Positions 63,935 to 64,000 of a stretch of DNA of 64,000 nt are shown here, one piece after another. The notes below the pieces were generated by a model. That model was not told the origin of the DNA. It ran no database searches and worked only from the letters and a program-made list of their open reading frames with translations. Source of the DNA: Haliotis rubra (taxonomy: Eukaryota); the NCBI RefSeq assembly GCF_003918875.1, contig NW_025767035.1:2666001-2730000 (forward strand), in the 5' to 3' direction. Position numbers and translations under genes: made by a program. Positions within the stretch are counted from its first letter, which is position 1; each line of letters starts with the position of its first letter.

Positions 63935-64000
63935 GCCCGGTTCCTCAAGGCGATCGTAGCGCTAAGGTGATCGTAACTCCCATACATTAACATAGACTTA
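63935..64000. mobile_element. Harbinger-like MITE, cut by the window end
   Basis: CTG|GGCCCGGTT...TAGCGCTAAGGTGATCGTAACTCCCATACATTAACAT matches 50512-50617 and the reverse complement of the 163-269 centre. Confidence 0.65.

Overview
AT-rich, repeat-dense animal genomic DNA, almost entirely intronic or intergenic. The SINE families suggest a mollusc, possibly abalone-like; that is an inference from recall, not a search. The only well-supported host coding sequence is a short minus-strand first exon encoding a signal peptide (5142-5225) with a CCAAT-rich promoter; the rest of that gene must lie to the left of the window. The remainder is mobile DNA and satellites: about 15 copies of a tRNA-Asp-derived SINE (family A), about 9 copies of a SINE with no tRNA head that shares the same 3' tail (family B), one V-domain SINE, a decayed Tc1 transposase, an RTE-X LINE 3' fragment, two R4/Dong-like LINE fragments, Kolobok-like and Harbinger-like non-autonomous elements, an element with an 8-bp TSD, fully palindromic elements, and seven minisatellite arrays. 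Most of the long ORFs in the supplied track are satellite artefacts. The most interesting signals are (1) a covarying pseudoknot at the fixed 5' end of SINE family B, a candidate structured or catalytic RNA, (2) palindromic elements whose mutations are mirrored on both arms, and (3) two SINEs inserted head-to-head at the same target site.
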